A DNA stretch of 64,000 nt from Thiobacillus sp. (GTDB taxonomy: Bacteria > Pseudomonadota > Gammaproteobacteria > Burkholderiales > Thiobacillaceae). Position 1 is the first letter of the stretch; each line of letters begins with the position of its first letter. This document shows, piece by piece, positions 27,991 through 40,513 of the stretch. The stretch lies in contig DYHB01000002.1 in NCBI GenBank assembly GCA_020724415.1, positions 726-64,725 on the forward strand, written 5' to 3'. Position numbers and translations under genes: made by a program. The notes beneath the pieces are model-generated. The model saw nothing but the letters and a program-made list of their open reading frames with translations. It was not told where the DNA came from and made no database searches.

Positions 27991-29391
27991 CTATAAAACT
28001 TCTGCCGCATGGTCGGCCAGGCGGGAACGTTCACCACGGGCCAGCATGACGTGTCCACTGTGAGGCCAGCCCTTGAATCGGTCCACCACATAGGTCAGCC
28101 CGGAGCTGCCTTCGGTCAGATAGGGGGTATCGATCTGGGCGATGTTGCCCAGGCACACCACCTTGGTGCCCGGGCCCGCCCGGGTAATGAGGGTCTTCAT
28201 CTGCTTCGGGGTCAGATTCTGGGCCTCATCGATGATCAGGAACTTGTTCAGGAAAGTCCGGCCTCGCATGAAATTCAGGGACTTCACCTTGACCCGGGAA
28301 CGGATCAGGTCCTGGGTGGCGGCACGTCCCCAATCGCCCGCTTCGTCATCGCTCTTGTTCAACACATCCAGGTTGTCCTCCAGTGCTCCCATCCAGGGGG
28401 TCATCTTTTCTTCCTCGGTGCCCGGCAGGAAGCCGATGTCTTCCCCCACCGGCACGGTGACCCGGGTGACGATGATTTCGCTATAGATTTTCTTCTCCAG
28501 GGTCTGGGTCAAGGCCGCCGCCAGAGTCAGCAGGGTCTTGCCGGTACCCGCCTGGCCCAGCAGGGTGACGAAATCAATATCGGGGTTCATTAATACATTC
28601 AGCGCGAAATTCTGTTCCCTATTGCGCGCCATGATGCCCCAGACATTATTTTTCTGGTGGGTGAAATCCCGGATGGTTTCCAATACCGCCGTTTTTCCAT
28701 TGGCCTCCAGGACCATGGCATACAACGGTTGCCCGGCTTCCTGATATACAAATTCATTCACCTGGAATGAATCGCACATGGGGCCGGACAGGCGGTAGTA
28801 GACCCGTCCATCCTTCTGCCAGGACTCCATGCCTTTATCGTGCTTGTCCCAAAAATCGGCAGGCAACTCACGCACCCCGCTATACAGCAGGTCGGTATCT
28901 TCCAGAACCTTGTCATTGAAATAATCCTGGGCGGGAAATCCCAGTGCCCGGGCCTTGATCCGGATATTGATGTCCTTGGACACCAGAATCACCTGCCGCC
29001 CCGAGAATTTGTGGCTCAGGTAAGACACCACGCCCAACAGTTGATTGTCCACCTTGCTGTCGGGCAGCACCGAGGCGATATCACTCTGTATGGGATGGGT
29101 CTGCAGATAGAGCCGGCCGGTGGCGGCGTTGTGACTGTGCTCTGCCAGGGTGACGCCATCGGCGATATCCAGTTCCAGCTCGCTGATCAGTTCGTCCAGG
29201 AAGCGGCTGGCCTGGCGGGCATTGCGCGCCACCTCGGACACCCCCTTCTTGTTGTGGTCCAGCTCCTCCAGGGTGGCCATGGGGATGTAGAGGTCATGCT
29301 CCTGAAACCGATACAGACAGGTGGGATCGTGAAGAAGGACGTTGGTATCTAGGACGAAAAGCTTGGTCTGGACTTTCGTTTTGCGGGCCAT
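27991..29391 (-). CDS. PhoH2/YlaK-type protein: N-terminal PIN nuclease domain fused to a PhoH-like P-loop ATPase
   Basis: The ORF was trimmed to MARKTKVQTKLFVLDTNVLLHDP, a PIN acidic motif. Further motifs are DNQLLGVV and VSKDINIRIKA. The Walker A site is LLGQAGTGKT and the Walker B site is FLIIDEAQNL. Confidence 0.88.
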   Translation of the reverse strand: MARKTKVQTKLFVLDTNVLLHDPTCLYRFQEHDLYIPMATLEELDHNKKGVSEVARNARQASRFLDELISELELDIADGVTLAEHSHNAATGRLYLQTHPIQSDIASVLPDSKVDNQLLGVVSYLSHKFSGRQVILVSKDINIRIKARALGFPAQDYFNDKVLEDTDLLYSGVRELPADFWDKHDKGMESWQKDGRVYYRLSGPMCDSFQVNEFVYQEAGQPLYAMVLEANGKTAVLETIRDFTHQKNNVWGIMARNREQNFALNVLMNPDIDFVTLLGQAGTGKTLLTLAAALTQTLEKKIYSEIIVTRVTVPVGEDIGFLPGTEEEKMTPWMGALEDNLDVLNKSDDEAGDWGRAATQDLIRSRVKVKSLNFMRGRTFLNKFLIIDEAQNLTPKQMKTLITRAGPGTKVVCLGNIAQIDTPYLTEGSSGLTYVVDRFKGWPHSGHVMLARGERSRLADHAAEVL

Positions 29392-29416
29392 GGGCTTCCT
29401 GGAGTTGGTTGACGAT

Positions 29417-29887
29417 TCAGTCGAGGGACTGCACGAAGGACAGGACCTCCTGGGCGTGATCCGGCACCTTGACGCCGCGCCACTCCCGGACCACTCGGCC
29501 TTCCCGGTCCAGGACGAAGGTGCTGCGCTCGACGCCTCGAACCTTCTTGCCATACATATTCTTCATTTTCATGACACCGAACAACTCGCAGACCTTCTCG
29601 TCTTCATCACTCAGCAACTCGAAGGGCAGGTTCAGCTTGGCCTTGAAGCCTTCATGGGACTTGACGCTATCCCTGGAAACCCCGAACACAGCGCATTCCG
29701 CCTCGTGGAATCCGGGGTGCAGGGCCGCAAAATCCATGCCCTCGGTGGTGCAGCCCGGGGTGTTGTCCTTGGGGTAAAAGTAGATGACCACCTTTCGACC
29801 CCGATAATCGGCCGGTCGAAACACAAGGCCCGAGGTGCCCTGAATGGAAAACTCCGGCACAGTCTGCAATTCCATAGTCTTCTCCAT
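29417..29887 (-). CDS. bcp: Thioredoxin-dependent peroxiredoxin Bcp
   Basis: It contains VVIYFYPKDNTPGCTTE, with the peroxidatic Cys in a PxxxTxxC context, and is 156 aa long. Confidence 0.93.
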   Translation of the reverse strand: MEKTMELQTVPEFSIQGTSGLVFRPADYRGRKVVIYFYPKDNTPGCTTEGMDFAALHPGFHEAECAVFGVSRDSVKSHEGFKAKLNLPFELLSDEDEKVCELFGVMKMKNMYGKKVRGVERSTFVLDREGRVVREWRGVKVPDHAQEVLSFVQSLD

Positions 29888-29948
29888 GGTGTTGTAAATC
29901 GATTATCGGGCGCTGGATACCTTCGGGGCAAGCCATGGCCCGGGCGCC

Positions 29949-29983
29949 CCCCGTTGGTCAGCCACCTGCCCTGACCAACGGGG
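29949..29983. repeat. Perfect 13-bp inverted repeat (35-nt hairpin) between tag and bcp
   Basis: The sequence is CCCCGTTGGTCAG-ccacctgcc-CTGACCAACGGGG. No U-tract follows it on either strand. Confidence 0.8.
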
Positions 29984-30009
29984 ACCCGCATTGCCGTGCC
30001 AGGTCACCA

Positions 30010-30606
30010 TCATCCGATCTCACGGGCGGCCAGTTCCCCATGCCTGAAACAGTCCACCGTATGGTCATTGACCATGCCCGTGGCCTGCATGTGGGCATAG
30101 ACGATGGTGGAGCCGACGAACTTGAAGCCGCGCTGCTTCAAGTCCTTGCTGATGGCATCCGACAAGCTCGTCCGGGCCGGCACCTGGCCGATCTCCCGCC
30201 AGACGTTCTGGATCGGGCGGCCGTCCACGAAGCGCCAGAAATAAGCGTCGAGTCCGCCGAATTCCTCCCGTACCTTCAGCGTGGCCCGGGCGTTGGTGAT
30301 GGCCGCCGCCACCTTCAACCGGTTGCGCACGATGCCCGGGTCAGCCAGCAGCCGGGCCACATCATCGTCACCATAGCGGGCGATGCGTTCCGCGTCGAAG
30401 CCATGGAAGGCGCGTCGGTACCCTTCCCGTTTCTTCAAGATGGTGAGCCAGGACAACCCCGCCTGGGCGCCCTCCAGGATCAGGAACTCGAACAGCCCGA
30501 TCTCGTCGTGCAGGGGCACGCCCCATTCGGTGTCGTGATAGGCCTGGTAAAGCGGATCGGTGCCGCACCAGGCACAGCGGGTCAAGGAATGGCAATGGCT
30601 GGCCAT
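30010..30606 (-). CDS. tag: DNA-3-methyladenine glycosylase I
   Basis: It contains RCAWCGTDPLYQAYHDTEWGVP...FEFLILEGAQAGLSW...HMQATGMVNDH. The start was trimmed to MASHCHS. Confidence 0.92.
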   Translation of the reverse strand: MASHCHSLTRCAWCGTDPLYQAYHDTEWGVPLHDEIGLFEFLILEGAQAGLSWLTILKKREGYRRAFHGFDAERIARYGDDDVARLLADPGIVRNRLKVAAAITNARATLKVREEFGGLDAYFWRFVDGRPIQNVWREIGQVPARTSLSDAISKDLKQRGFKFVGSTIVYAHMQATGMVNDHTVDCFRHGELAAREIG

Positions 30607-30706
30607 TTCAAACCCCTGCCGCCTTGGCAAGGGGAGTGACCCCGGCCAGGGAGGAAAGCAATATCCGCAAGCAAGTGGGCCGTGCCCGGAATGAGCGCGT
30701 CATGCC

Positions 30707-33316
<2,610 letters not shown>

Positions 33317-33347
33317 CGCTTTCTCCGTAATGGGTTACTTGACACGC

Positions 33348-33375
33348 AAATGGGGGAAAGGATGGGAATTTCAAC
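33348..33375 (-). promoter_or_regulatory. Sigma32 (RpoH) heat-shock promoter of clpB
   Basis: The - strand reads GTTGAAA-13 nt-CCCCATTT, compared with the consensus CTTGAAA-N13-15-CCCCATNT. It ends about 32 nt upstream of the clpB ATG. Confidence 0.8.
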
Positions 33376-33411
33376 CGGCGTAGAATATCGGTACACACAC
33401 AAGGAGAATGA

Positions 33412-34266
33412 ATGGAAGTCCTGCAATCCACCATCGAAGCCAACGTCCGGGCCGCCCTGGATGAAGACCTGGGCCGCACTGGCAGCGCCCCGGGCACCGA
33501 CCTGACCGCGCGCTTGATACCGGCTGACCGGCTGGCCCGGGCCCGGGTCATTACCCGGGAAGATGCCATTCTGTGCGGCAGCGCGTGGTTTGATGCCTGC
33601 TTCCATGCGCTGGACCCGAATACCCGCATACTGTGGCAGGCCCATGACGCGGAACCGGTCCAGGCGGGCCAGGTACTGTGCGAAATCCATGGCCAGGCCC
33701 GGGCCTTGCTGAGCGCCGAGCGGCCGGCACTCAATTTCCTCCAGACCCTGTCCGGGGTGGCCACCCTCACCCGGGACTACGTGGCGGCCGTATCGGGTAC
33801 CGACGCCCGGATTCTGGATACCCGCAAGACCCTGCCGGGTTTGCGCATGGCCCAGAAGTATGCGGTGACCTGTGGCGGTGGCGAAAACCAGCGAGTCGGC
33901 CTCCATGATGGCATCCTGATCAAGGAAAACCACATTGCTGCCACCGGCGGCATCCGCCCTGCCCTGGAGTCCGCCCACCGGATCGCGCCCGACGGGGTAT
34001 CCATCCAGGTGGAAGTGGAATCCCTGGACCAATTGGAAGAAGCCCTCCAGGCCGGCGCCAAGCTGATACTGTTGGACAATTTCGATCTGGAACAAATGGC
34101 CGAGGCCGTAAGCCTGACCCGGGGCCGGGCCCTGTTGGAGGCTTCCGGCGGCATCGACCTGACCAACGTGCGGGCCGTCGCCGAAACCGGCGTGGATCGC
34201 ATCTCGGTGGGCAGCCTGACCAAACATGTCCATGCCGTGGACTTTTCCATGCGTTTCTCGGCGTAA
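33412..34266 (+). CDS. nadC: Nicotinate-nucleotide diphosphorylase (carboxylating)
   Basis: It contains [16 protein letters not shown]...[10 protein letters not shown]...[25 protein letters not shown]...LDNF. Confidence 0.93.
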   Translation: MEVLQSTIEANVRAALDEDLGRTGSAPGTDLTARLIPADRLARARVITREDAILCGSAWFDACFHALDPNTRILWQAHDAEPVQAGQVLCEIHGQARALLSAERPALNFLQTLSGVATLTRDYVAAVSGTDARILDTRKTLPGLRMAQKYAVTCGGGENQRVGLHDGILIKENHIAATGGIRPALESAHRIAPDGVSIQVEVESLDQLEEALQAGAKLILLDNFDLEQMAEAVSLTRGRALLEASGGIDLTNVRAVAETGVDRISVGSLTKHVHAVDFSMRFSA

Positions 34267-34292
34267 ACCAACTCGATAGGGAGGCATCGCAC

Positions 34293-35318
34293 ATGCCAAG
34301 CAAAACCATCCTGGTGACCGGGGGGGCGGGTTACATCGGCTCCCACACCTGTGTCGAACTCCTCCAGGCGGGACACCGGGTAGTCATCCTGGACAATTTC
34401 TGCAACAGCCATCCGGAAGCCCTGGCGCGCGTGGCCACCATCACCGGGACCCACCCGGAATGCATCCAGGGGGATATACGCGACCGCAGCACCCTGGACC
34501 GGCTGTTTGCAAGCCAGTCCGTGGATGCCGTGATCCACTTTGCCGGACTCAAGGCGGTGGGAGAATCCGTGGCCAAGCCACTGGACTATTACGACACCAA
34601 CGTCCGGGGCACCCTGGAACTGCTCGCCGCCATGAAACAGGCCCAGGTCAAGACCCTGGTGTTCTCCTCATCCGCCACGGTCTACGGCGACCCCCATGCC
34701 GTGCCGATCAAGGAGGATTTTCCGGTCAGCGCCACCAATCCCTACGGCCGCAGCAAGCTCATGATCGAGGAGATCCTGGCCGACCTGCATCGTGCGGAAC
34801 CCGGCTGGAGCCTGGGCCGCCTGCGCTATTTCAACCCGGTGGGCGCCCACGCCAGCGGCTTGATCGGCGAAGACCCCAACGGCATCCCCAACAACCTGAT
34901 GCCCTTCATTGCCCAGGTGGCCGTGGGGCGACGGGAACAACTCTCGGTGTTCGGAGCCGACTACCCGACCCCGGATGGTACGGGCGTCAGGGACTACATC
35001 CATGTGGTGGATCTGGCCCGGGGACACCTGGCCGCCCTGGATTATCTCTGGCGGGAACCCGGCCTGCTCACGGTCAACCTGGGAACCGGGCGTGGCTATT
35101 CGGTACTGGACATGGTACGTGCCTTCGAGCAGGCCAGTGGGCGACCCGTGCCCTATCGCATTGCGCCCCGACGTCCGGGGGATGTGGCCCAATGCTATGC
35201 CGACCCGGCCCTGGCAGAGGCCTTGCTGGGCTGGAAGGCCGAATTCGGCATCGAAGCGATGTGCGCCGATACCTGGCGCTGGCAACAAACCAACCCGGCG
35301 GGCTACCAGTCGGCATGA
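34293..35318 (+). CDS. galE: UDP-glucose 4-epimerase
   Basis: It has the Rossmann motif [11 protein letters not shown], the catalytic YGRSK, and the C-terminal [19 protein letters not shown]. Confidence 0.93.
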   Translation: MPSKTILVTGGAGYIGSHTCVELLQAGHRVVILDNFCNSHPEALARVATITGTHPECIQGDIRDRSTLDRLFASQSVDAVIHFAGLKAVGESVAKPLDYYDTNVRGTLELLAAMKQAQVKTLVFSSSATVYGDPHAVPIKEDFPVSATNPYGRSKLMIEEILADLHRAEPGWSLGRLRYFNPVGAHASGLIGEDPNGIPNNLMPFIAQVAVGRREQLSVFGADYPTPDGTGVRDYIHVVDLARGHLAALDYLWREPGLLTVNLGTGRGYSVLDMVRAFEQASGRPVPYRIAPRRPGDVAQCYADPALAEALLGWKAEFGIEAMCADTWRWQQTNPAGYQSA

Positions 35319-35451
35319 CGCGCCCCACCCAGCGCCGGGAGAAGGCCATGGGCCGGGTTTGCCTGGGGGAGCAGCGCGGGCGCCTGGGGAACCGTTGATG
35401 TATTCACACATCACCGAATCGCGGCAACCCTGACCACCCGCCGCCTGATGT

Positions 35452-37395
35452 TCAGTGGACGGTGACTCCGGCTGCGGTCCCGGGCTGAGGGTCGTTGCGT
35501 TCCACCCAGACCCGGTCCTCGATGACTTCACCCGGCTTGTAGCCCTTGACGCACTCGAGAAGAATGGAACGCACGGCCGGCTGATCTCCCTTGACCATGG
35601 CGGATTCCAGCACATCCAGCCGCTTGCGCAGCTCGGCCATGGGCAACATCTCTTCCACGGCGCGCATGATCTTGGGATGCTCGGTACCGGACACATCCTC
35701 GCCGATCAGCAGTTCCTCGTAGAGCTTTTCGCCGGGGCGCAGACCAGTGTAGACGATCTCGATATCACCGTCCGGATTGTTCTGGTCACGAATCTCCAGG
35801 CCGCTCAAGCGCACCATGTGCCGGGCCAGATCGTCGATCTTGACCGGCTCGCCCATGTCCAGCACGAACACGTCGCCCCCCTCGGCCATGGCACCGGCCT
35901 GGATGACCAGTTGCACCGCCTCGGTGATGGTCATGAAGAAACGGGTGATCTCCATGTGGGTGACGGTCAAGGGTCCGCCACGCCGGATCTGCTCGTGAAA
36001 CAGCGGCACCACGGACCCGGAGGACCCCAGCACGTTCCCGAACCGCACCATGCTGAAGACTGTCTTGCCGCCTTCCTGCTGCATGGCCTGGAGCACCAGT
36101 TCGGCCAGACGCTTGCTGGCACCCATGACATTGGTGGGGCGGACCGCCTTGTCGGTCGAGATCAAGACAAAATGGCTGACGCCATGACGGCGGGCACAGT
36201 CCGCGGTAATGTAGGTACCGAACACGTTGCCCTTCAGGCCTTCCAGGGGGTTGTGCTCCACCAGGGGCACATGCTTGTAGGCCGCCGCGTGGTAAACGGT
36301 GTGAATGGCATAGGTGGAGAAGACATTCTCCATGCGTACCTGATCGGTAATGCTGCCCAACAGGGGAATCAGCTGGGTCTTGCGGCGCTGCTCCTTGAGG
36401 TAGTGGCGCAGCTCCCCTTCCACCCGATACAGACCGAATTCGGAATGATCGAGCAACACCAGCTTGTCCGCCCCCAGGTCGATGATCTGACGGCACAGTT
36501 CGGAGCCGATGGAACCGGCAGCCCCGGTCACCAGGACCGCCTTGCCATGGATGCACTGTTCCAGCAGCGCCTCGTTGGGAGGCACCGGCCCCCGGCCCAG
36601 GAGGTCTTCGATCTGGATTTCCCGGACCTCGTCCAGACGGGCATGGCCAGAGATGATTTCGTCCAGGGCAGGCACGGTCCGGATGTGGAACGACAAAGGC
36701 TCCAGCAGGTTCAGTATGCGGCGGCGTTGGGCCCGGCTGGCCGAGGGCACGCACAGGAACACATCTCGAACCCCTCGGGAACGCAGCTTCATGAGCATGT
36801 CCCGGTCGCGCGGGTCCATGACCTCGATGCCCTCCACATACCGCCCCTGGAGGCGGGGGCTGTCGTCAAAAAATGCCACCGGCCAATAATGCCCGCCTGA
36901 ACGCAACAGGCTGACCAGTTGGCGCCCGCCTGCACCGGCGCCATACACCACCATGGGGATGGAAGACCCGGAAGGCCGGTCGGACAAGACGCTCCACATG
37001 AGGATGCGACCGCCCCCCAGCATCACCATGAGGGTCAGCCCATACACCACGGGCAAGGCATGGGACATGGGCATCAGGTCCGTCAGCAGCATCATGGCCC
37101 AGAGCAACAGGGACGAGAGCAGCGCACCACCCCCGATGACCAGCATGGCCTGCCAGCCCAGATACCGGATGATCGCCCGGTAAAGCCCCATCTGGGCAAA
37201 CAGGGGAATGGTCAACACGGTCAGCAGGATGAACACCCCGGCGGCACGGCCGATGTGCTGGGGCCAGGCAGGGTCCAGCAGTATGAGGGCGACCCAGAGG
37301 GACACCGGGATCAGAATGAGGTCAGCCAGGAAAGTCAACGCCCGCCTGACCTGGAAAGGTACGCCAAGCAGGTAGGAATTCAGCCTATTGACCAT
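35452..37395 (-). CDS. Membrane-anchored polysaccharide biosynthesis protein, CapD/WbpM/PglF-type nucleotide-sugar 4,6-dehydratase
   Basis: The ORF was trimmed to MVNRLNSYLL. It has 4-5 N-terminal TM helices followed by the SDR domain VTGAAGSIGSEL...AAAYKHVP...VLISTDKAVRPTNVMGASKR. Confidence 0.88.
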   Translation of the reverse strand: MVNRLNSYLLGVPFQVRRALTFLADLILIPVSLWVALILLDPAWPQHIGRAAGVFILLTVLTIPLFAQMGLYRAIIRYLGWQAMLVIGGGALLSSLLLWAMMLLTDLMPMSHALPVVYGLTLMVMLGGGRILMWSVLSDRPSGSSIPMVVYGAGAGGRQLVSLLRSGGHYWPVAFFDDSPRLQGRYVEGIEVMDPRDRDMLMKLRSRGVRDVFLCVPSASRAQRRRILNLLEPLSFHIRTVPALDEIISGHARLDEVREIQIEDLLGRGPVPPNEALLEQCIHGKAVLVTGAAGSIGSELCRQIIDLGADKLVLLDHSEFGLYRVEGELRHYLKEQRRKTQLIPLLGSITDQVRMENVFSTYAIHTVYHAAAYKHVPLVEHNPLEGLKGNVFGTYITADCARRHGVSHFVLISTDKAVRPTNVMGASKRLAELVLQAMQQEGGKTVFSMVRFGNVLGSSGSVVPLFHEQIRRGGPLTVTHMEITRFFMTITEAVQLVIQAGAMAEGGDVFVLDMGEPVKIDDLARHMVRLSGLEIRDQNNPDGDIEIVYTGLRPGEKLYEELLIGEDVSGTEHPKIMRAVEEMLPMAELRKRLDVLESAMVKGDQPAVRSILLECVKGYKPGEVIEDRVWVERNDPQPGTAAGVTVH

Positions 37396-37589
37396 CGGAC
37401 CGCCATGAAAATCTTGAATGGCCAATGATACCCCCATACCGGGTGCCATCCCCCAGGTTTCCTGGCCGTTCATCCAGACAACATGGCCATGGATGTAAGG
37501 ACGCCACGTTGCCAAACCCTCGGCTTGTCATGGATTTCGCCTGGGGCTCAGGGGAATTATGATGATTCCTTTGCATGCTGGAGACTGCC

Positions 37590-38138
37590 ATGACCCTGTC
37601 CGAACCGGTACTGGAAACCGCCACCCTGGCCGGCGGCTGCTTCTGGTGCCTGGAAGCCGCCTTCCTGCCCCTCAAGGGGGTTCAATCCGTGCAATCAGGC
37701 TACATGGGGGGACGACGGGACAACCCATCCTACGAGCAGGTCTGTACCGGTGCCACGGGGCATGCCGAGGTGGTGCAAGTGCGATTCGACCCGGACATCA
37801 TCCGCTTTCAGGAACTGCTGGAAATATTCTTCGTGGTTCATGACCCCACCACCCTGAACCGCCAGGGCAACGACGTGGGCACCCAGTACCGCTCGGCCAT
37901 CTTCTGGCACAGCCCGGAGCAGCGCTCGACCGCAGAAGCAGCCATCGCGAACCTTGTCAGCGCAGGCGCGTTCAGCGCCCCCATCGTGACCGAGGTCACC
38001 CAGGCCACCACCTTCTGGCCTGCCGAGGCCTACCATGACGACTATTACGCCCGACATCCCAACCAGCCCTATTGCCAGTTTGTGGTCGCCCCCAAGGTGG
38101 CCAAGGTCCGCAGCGCCTTTCAGCACCGGCTCAAGTGA
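37590..38138 (+). CDS. msrA: Peptide-methionine (S)-S-oxide reductase
   Basis: It contains ATLAGGCFWCLEAAF...GYMGG...PSYEQVCTGATGHAEVVQV, including the GCFWC active site. Confidence 0.94.
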   Translation: MTLSEPVLETATLAGGCFWCLEAAFLPLKGVQSVQSGYMGGRRDNPSYEQVCTGATGHAEVVQVRFDPDIIRFQELLEIFFVVHDPTTLNRQGNDVGTQYRSAIFWHSPEQRSTAEAAIANLVSAGAFSAPIVTEVTQATTFWPAEAYHDDYYARHPNQPYCQFVVAPKVAKVRSAFQHRLK

Positions 38139-38979
38139 GGACGACCCAGACGGGCTGGTGATCTGAAGCCTCGCTGCTGGCGTTGACCTCCAGGGTGCGC
38201 AACCGGGGGGCCAGATCCTCGGTCAGGAAGACGAAATCGAAACAGGTCGGGTGATCCACGAAATCCACCTTGTGGATGCCTACCGTCGGCGGGTGGGGCA
38301 TGCCCGGGTGCAGTACCTCCCAGGCATCACGCCATGCGGGTGACGATGGGATGGGGGCCAGCAGGCGCTGTCGCACCGGCGCGTCGGCCGGAAAATTCAT
38401 GTCGCCGCACAGGATGGCCGACGCAGGCCTGGGGAACACCTCGAAACTGCCGCCGCCCTCCCCTTTGCCGAGCCGAGGCCGGGCCCCATGATCGCAGGCC
38501 TGGGCATGCAGCAACCGGATGGCCTCCACCTGGGCGTCCCTCTGTCGTGGGGAGTAGTACTCCAGGTGGGTGGTCATCACCCTCAGGTCACCGACATCGG
38601 CCTGGATGATGGCCTCCAGCAATACCCGCTGCATGCTGGGCACCCCGGGGTCCCCGGGCCAGGGCAACAGGTGACGGAATATCTGGCCCACGGGCAGGCG
38701 GCTGAACAGGGCATTGCCGAACAGTTTTCGCCCGCCCCGGCCATCCGGCACATCCGTGGCCGGGGCAAAGATGGGCGCATAACCGGGCAGGCCGGCCGCC
38801 AGCAGGGCCATCTGGTCCTCACCCCGGCTACCGGGCAGGCCCGGGAAGTTCGCCGCCACCTCCTGCAGGCAAATGACATCAAACGACCCCATGGCTTGGA
38901 TCTCGCGGGTGATGCGGGCCAAATCCACCCGACCGTCCATGCCCCGGCCCCATTGGATGTTCCAGGTGAGCAGTTTCAT
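38131..38979 (-). CDS. Endonuclease/exonuclease/phosphatase (EEP) family protein
   Basis: It contains MKLLTWNIQWG...DVICLQEV...GNALFSR...CGDMNF...SDHQPVWVVL, the EEP catalytic motifs. Its 3' end overlaps convergent msrA by 8 nt. Confidence 0.85.
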   Translation of the reverse strand: MKLLTWNIQWGRGMDGRVDLARITREIQAMGSFDVICLQEVAANFPGLPGSRGEDQMALLAAGLPGYAPIFAPATDVPDGRGGRKLFGNALFSRLPVGQIFRHLLPWPGDPGVPSMQRVLLEAIIQADVGDLRVMTTHLEYYSPRQRDAQVEAIRLLHAQACDHGARPRLGKGEGGGSFEVFPRPASAILCGDMNFPADAPVRQRLLAPIPSSPAWRDAWEVLHPGMPHPPTVGIHKVDFVDHPTCFDFVFLTEDLAPRLRTLEVNASSEASDHQPVWVVLT

Positions 38980-38995
38980 GGCAGGCCCGGGTGGG

Positions 38996-40279
38996 CTACC
39001 TGAACAGGTGGATGTCCTGGCCCAGCATCTCCGGCGTCACCAGGGTAATGCCCCGGTCCGTGACGTAGAAGCGCTTGCGGTCCTCTTCCTGATTGATGCC
39101 GATGGTCATGCCAGCTGGAATCACGCAGCCCCGGTCAATGACGACCTTTTTCAGCATGACGCCCTTGCCTACCCGCACGTCAGGCAACACGACCGCCTGT
39201 TCCAGGTAGGCGCCTTCCTTGACATGGACATTGGAGAACAGCACCGATTGCCGGACCACGGCACCGCTGATGATGCAGCCGCCGGATACCATGGAATCCA
39301 CGGCCATGCCGCGCCGGTCATCGGCGTCGAACACGAACTTGGCCGGCGGCAATTGTTCCTGATAGGTCCAGATGGGCCAGTCCCGGTCATAGAGGTTCAG
39401 GTCCGGGGTCACCCGGGCCAGGTCCAGATTGGCCTCCCAATAGGCATCCACGGTCCCCACGTCCCGCCAGTAGGCTGGCTCGCCGGGGGCGTGGACACAA
39501 CTGTCGGTGAAGCTGTGGGCATAGACCCGATACCCTGCATTGATCAGATGGGGGATGATGTCCTTGCCGAAATCGTGCTCGGAATGGCTGTCATCGGCGT
39601 CCCGGATCAATTGCTCGTAGAGGAAACTGGCATTGAAGACGTAGATGCCCATGGAACACAGGGCCATGTCGGGATTGCCCGGCATGGGCGTGGGCTCGGC
39701 CGGTTTTTCGGTGAAGTCCGTGATCCGGTTGTCATCGTCCACCGTCATCACGCCAAAGGCACCGGCAGCCTCGCGGACGGGCACTTCGATGCAGGCCACG
39801 GTCATGTCGGCCTGGCTTTGCACGTGGGAGGCCAGCATCTCGCCATAGTCCATCTTGTAGATGTGGTCCCCGGCCAGGATGACCACGTACTCCGGCTTGT
39901 AGATGCGCAGGATGTCCAGATTCTGGTAGATGGCATCGGCCGTGCCTTTGTACCAGGTATCCTCGCTCACCCGCTGCTGGGCCGGCAACAACTCCACGAA
40001 CTCATTGAATTCGCCACGCAGGAACCCCCAGCCGCGCTGGATATGCTTGATCAGGGAGTGGGCCTTGTACTGGGTGATGACACCGATCTGACGAATCCCG
40101 GAATTCATGCAATTGGACAAGGGGAAATCGATAATGCGGAACTTCCCCCCAAAGGCCACCGCCGGCTTCGCCCGCCAATCGGTCAACTGTTTCAGGCGAC
40201 TGCCCCGGCCTCCTGCCAGGATCAGGGCCACGGTGTTCTTGGTCAGCAGGCTGACGAAACGTGGTTCTCTGTTACTCAT
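38996..40279 (-). CDS. glgC: Glucose-1-phosphate adenylyltransferase
   Basis: The ORF was trimmed to [29 protein letters not shown]. It contains [15 protein letters not shown] and WYKGTADA. Confidence 0.95.
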   Translation of the reverse strand: MSNREPRFVSLLTKNTVALILAGGRGSRLKQLTDWRAKPAVAFGGKFRIIDFPLSNCMNSGIRQIGVITQYKAHSLIKHIQRGWGFLRGEFNEFVELLPAQQRVSEDTWYKGTADAIYQNLDILRIYKPEYVVILAGDHIYKMDYGEMLASHVQSQADMTVACIEVPVREAAGAFGVMTVDDDNRITDFTEKPAEPTPMPGNPDMALCSMGIYVFNASFLYEQLIRDADDSHSEHDFGKDIIPHLINAGYRVYAHSFTDSCVHAPGEPAYWRDVGTVDAYWEANLDLARVTPDLNLYDRDWPIWTYQEQLPPAKFVFDADDRRGMAVDSMVSGGCIISGAVVRQSVLFSNVHVKEGAYLEQAVVLPDVRVGKGVMLKKVVIDRGCVIPAGMTIGINQEEDRKRFYVTDRGITLVTPEMLGQDIHLFR

Positions 40280-40513
40280 GACTCTCTTCCTCAAGTTTGC
40301 AGGCCGGGCTATCGGCATACTTCACCGGCGTTTTTACAACGCTGTTCCCTTCACGCACGCCTGCCAATCAGCCACCCGTGCGCGGCCTTGTTACGTTTTC
40401 AGTATATACAGCCACAATAATATTCCGATAAACAGGTCTGTAATAGATCAATTTGTCACCTGCATGGCGGATAATGGGTTCATAACGTGACCGAATTATT
40501 GCGATTGAACGGA

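Noticed and set aside
27729-28049. A 106-aa + strand ORF across the hns upstream region (MATRFLPPHWPHPLADKLAPSLATRIP...).
   Set aside because: Its sequence is simply the 12-bp DNA repeat read as 4-aa periods. It also runs through the PhoH2 terminator and into the antisense of PhoH2. I treat the DNA repeat as the real feature.
30612-30633. An imperfect hairpin CCCCTGCC...GGCAAGGGG downstream of clpB.
   Set aside because: It has a one-base asymmetry and only a TTT tail, and it lies 6 nt upstream of the tag start. It may be a weak clpB terminator, but the evidence is insufficient.
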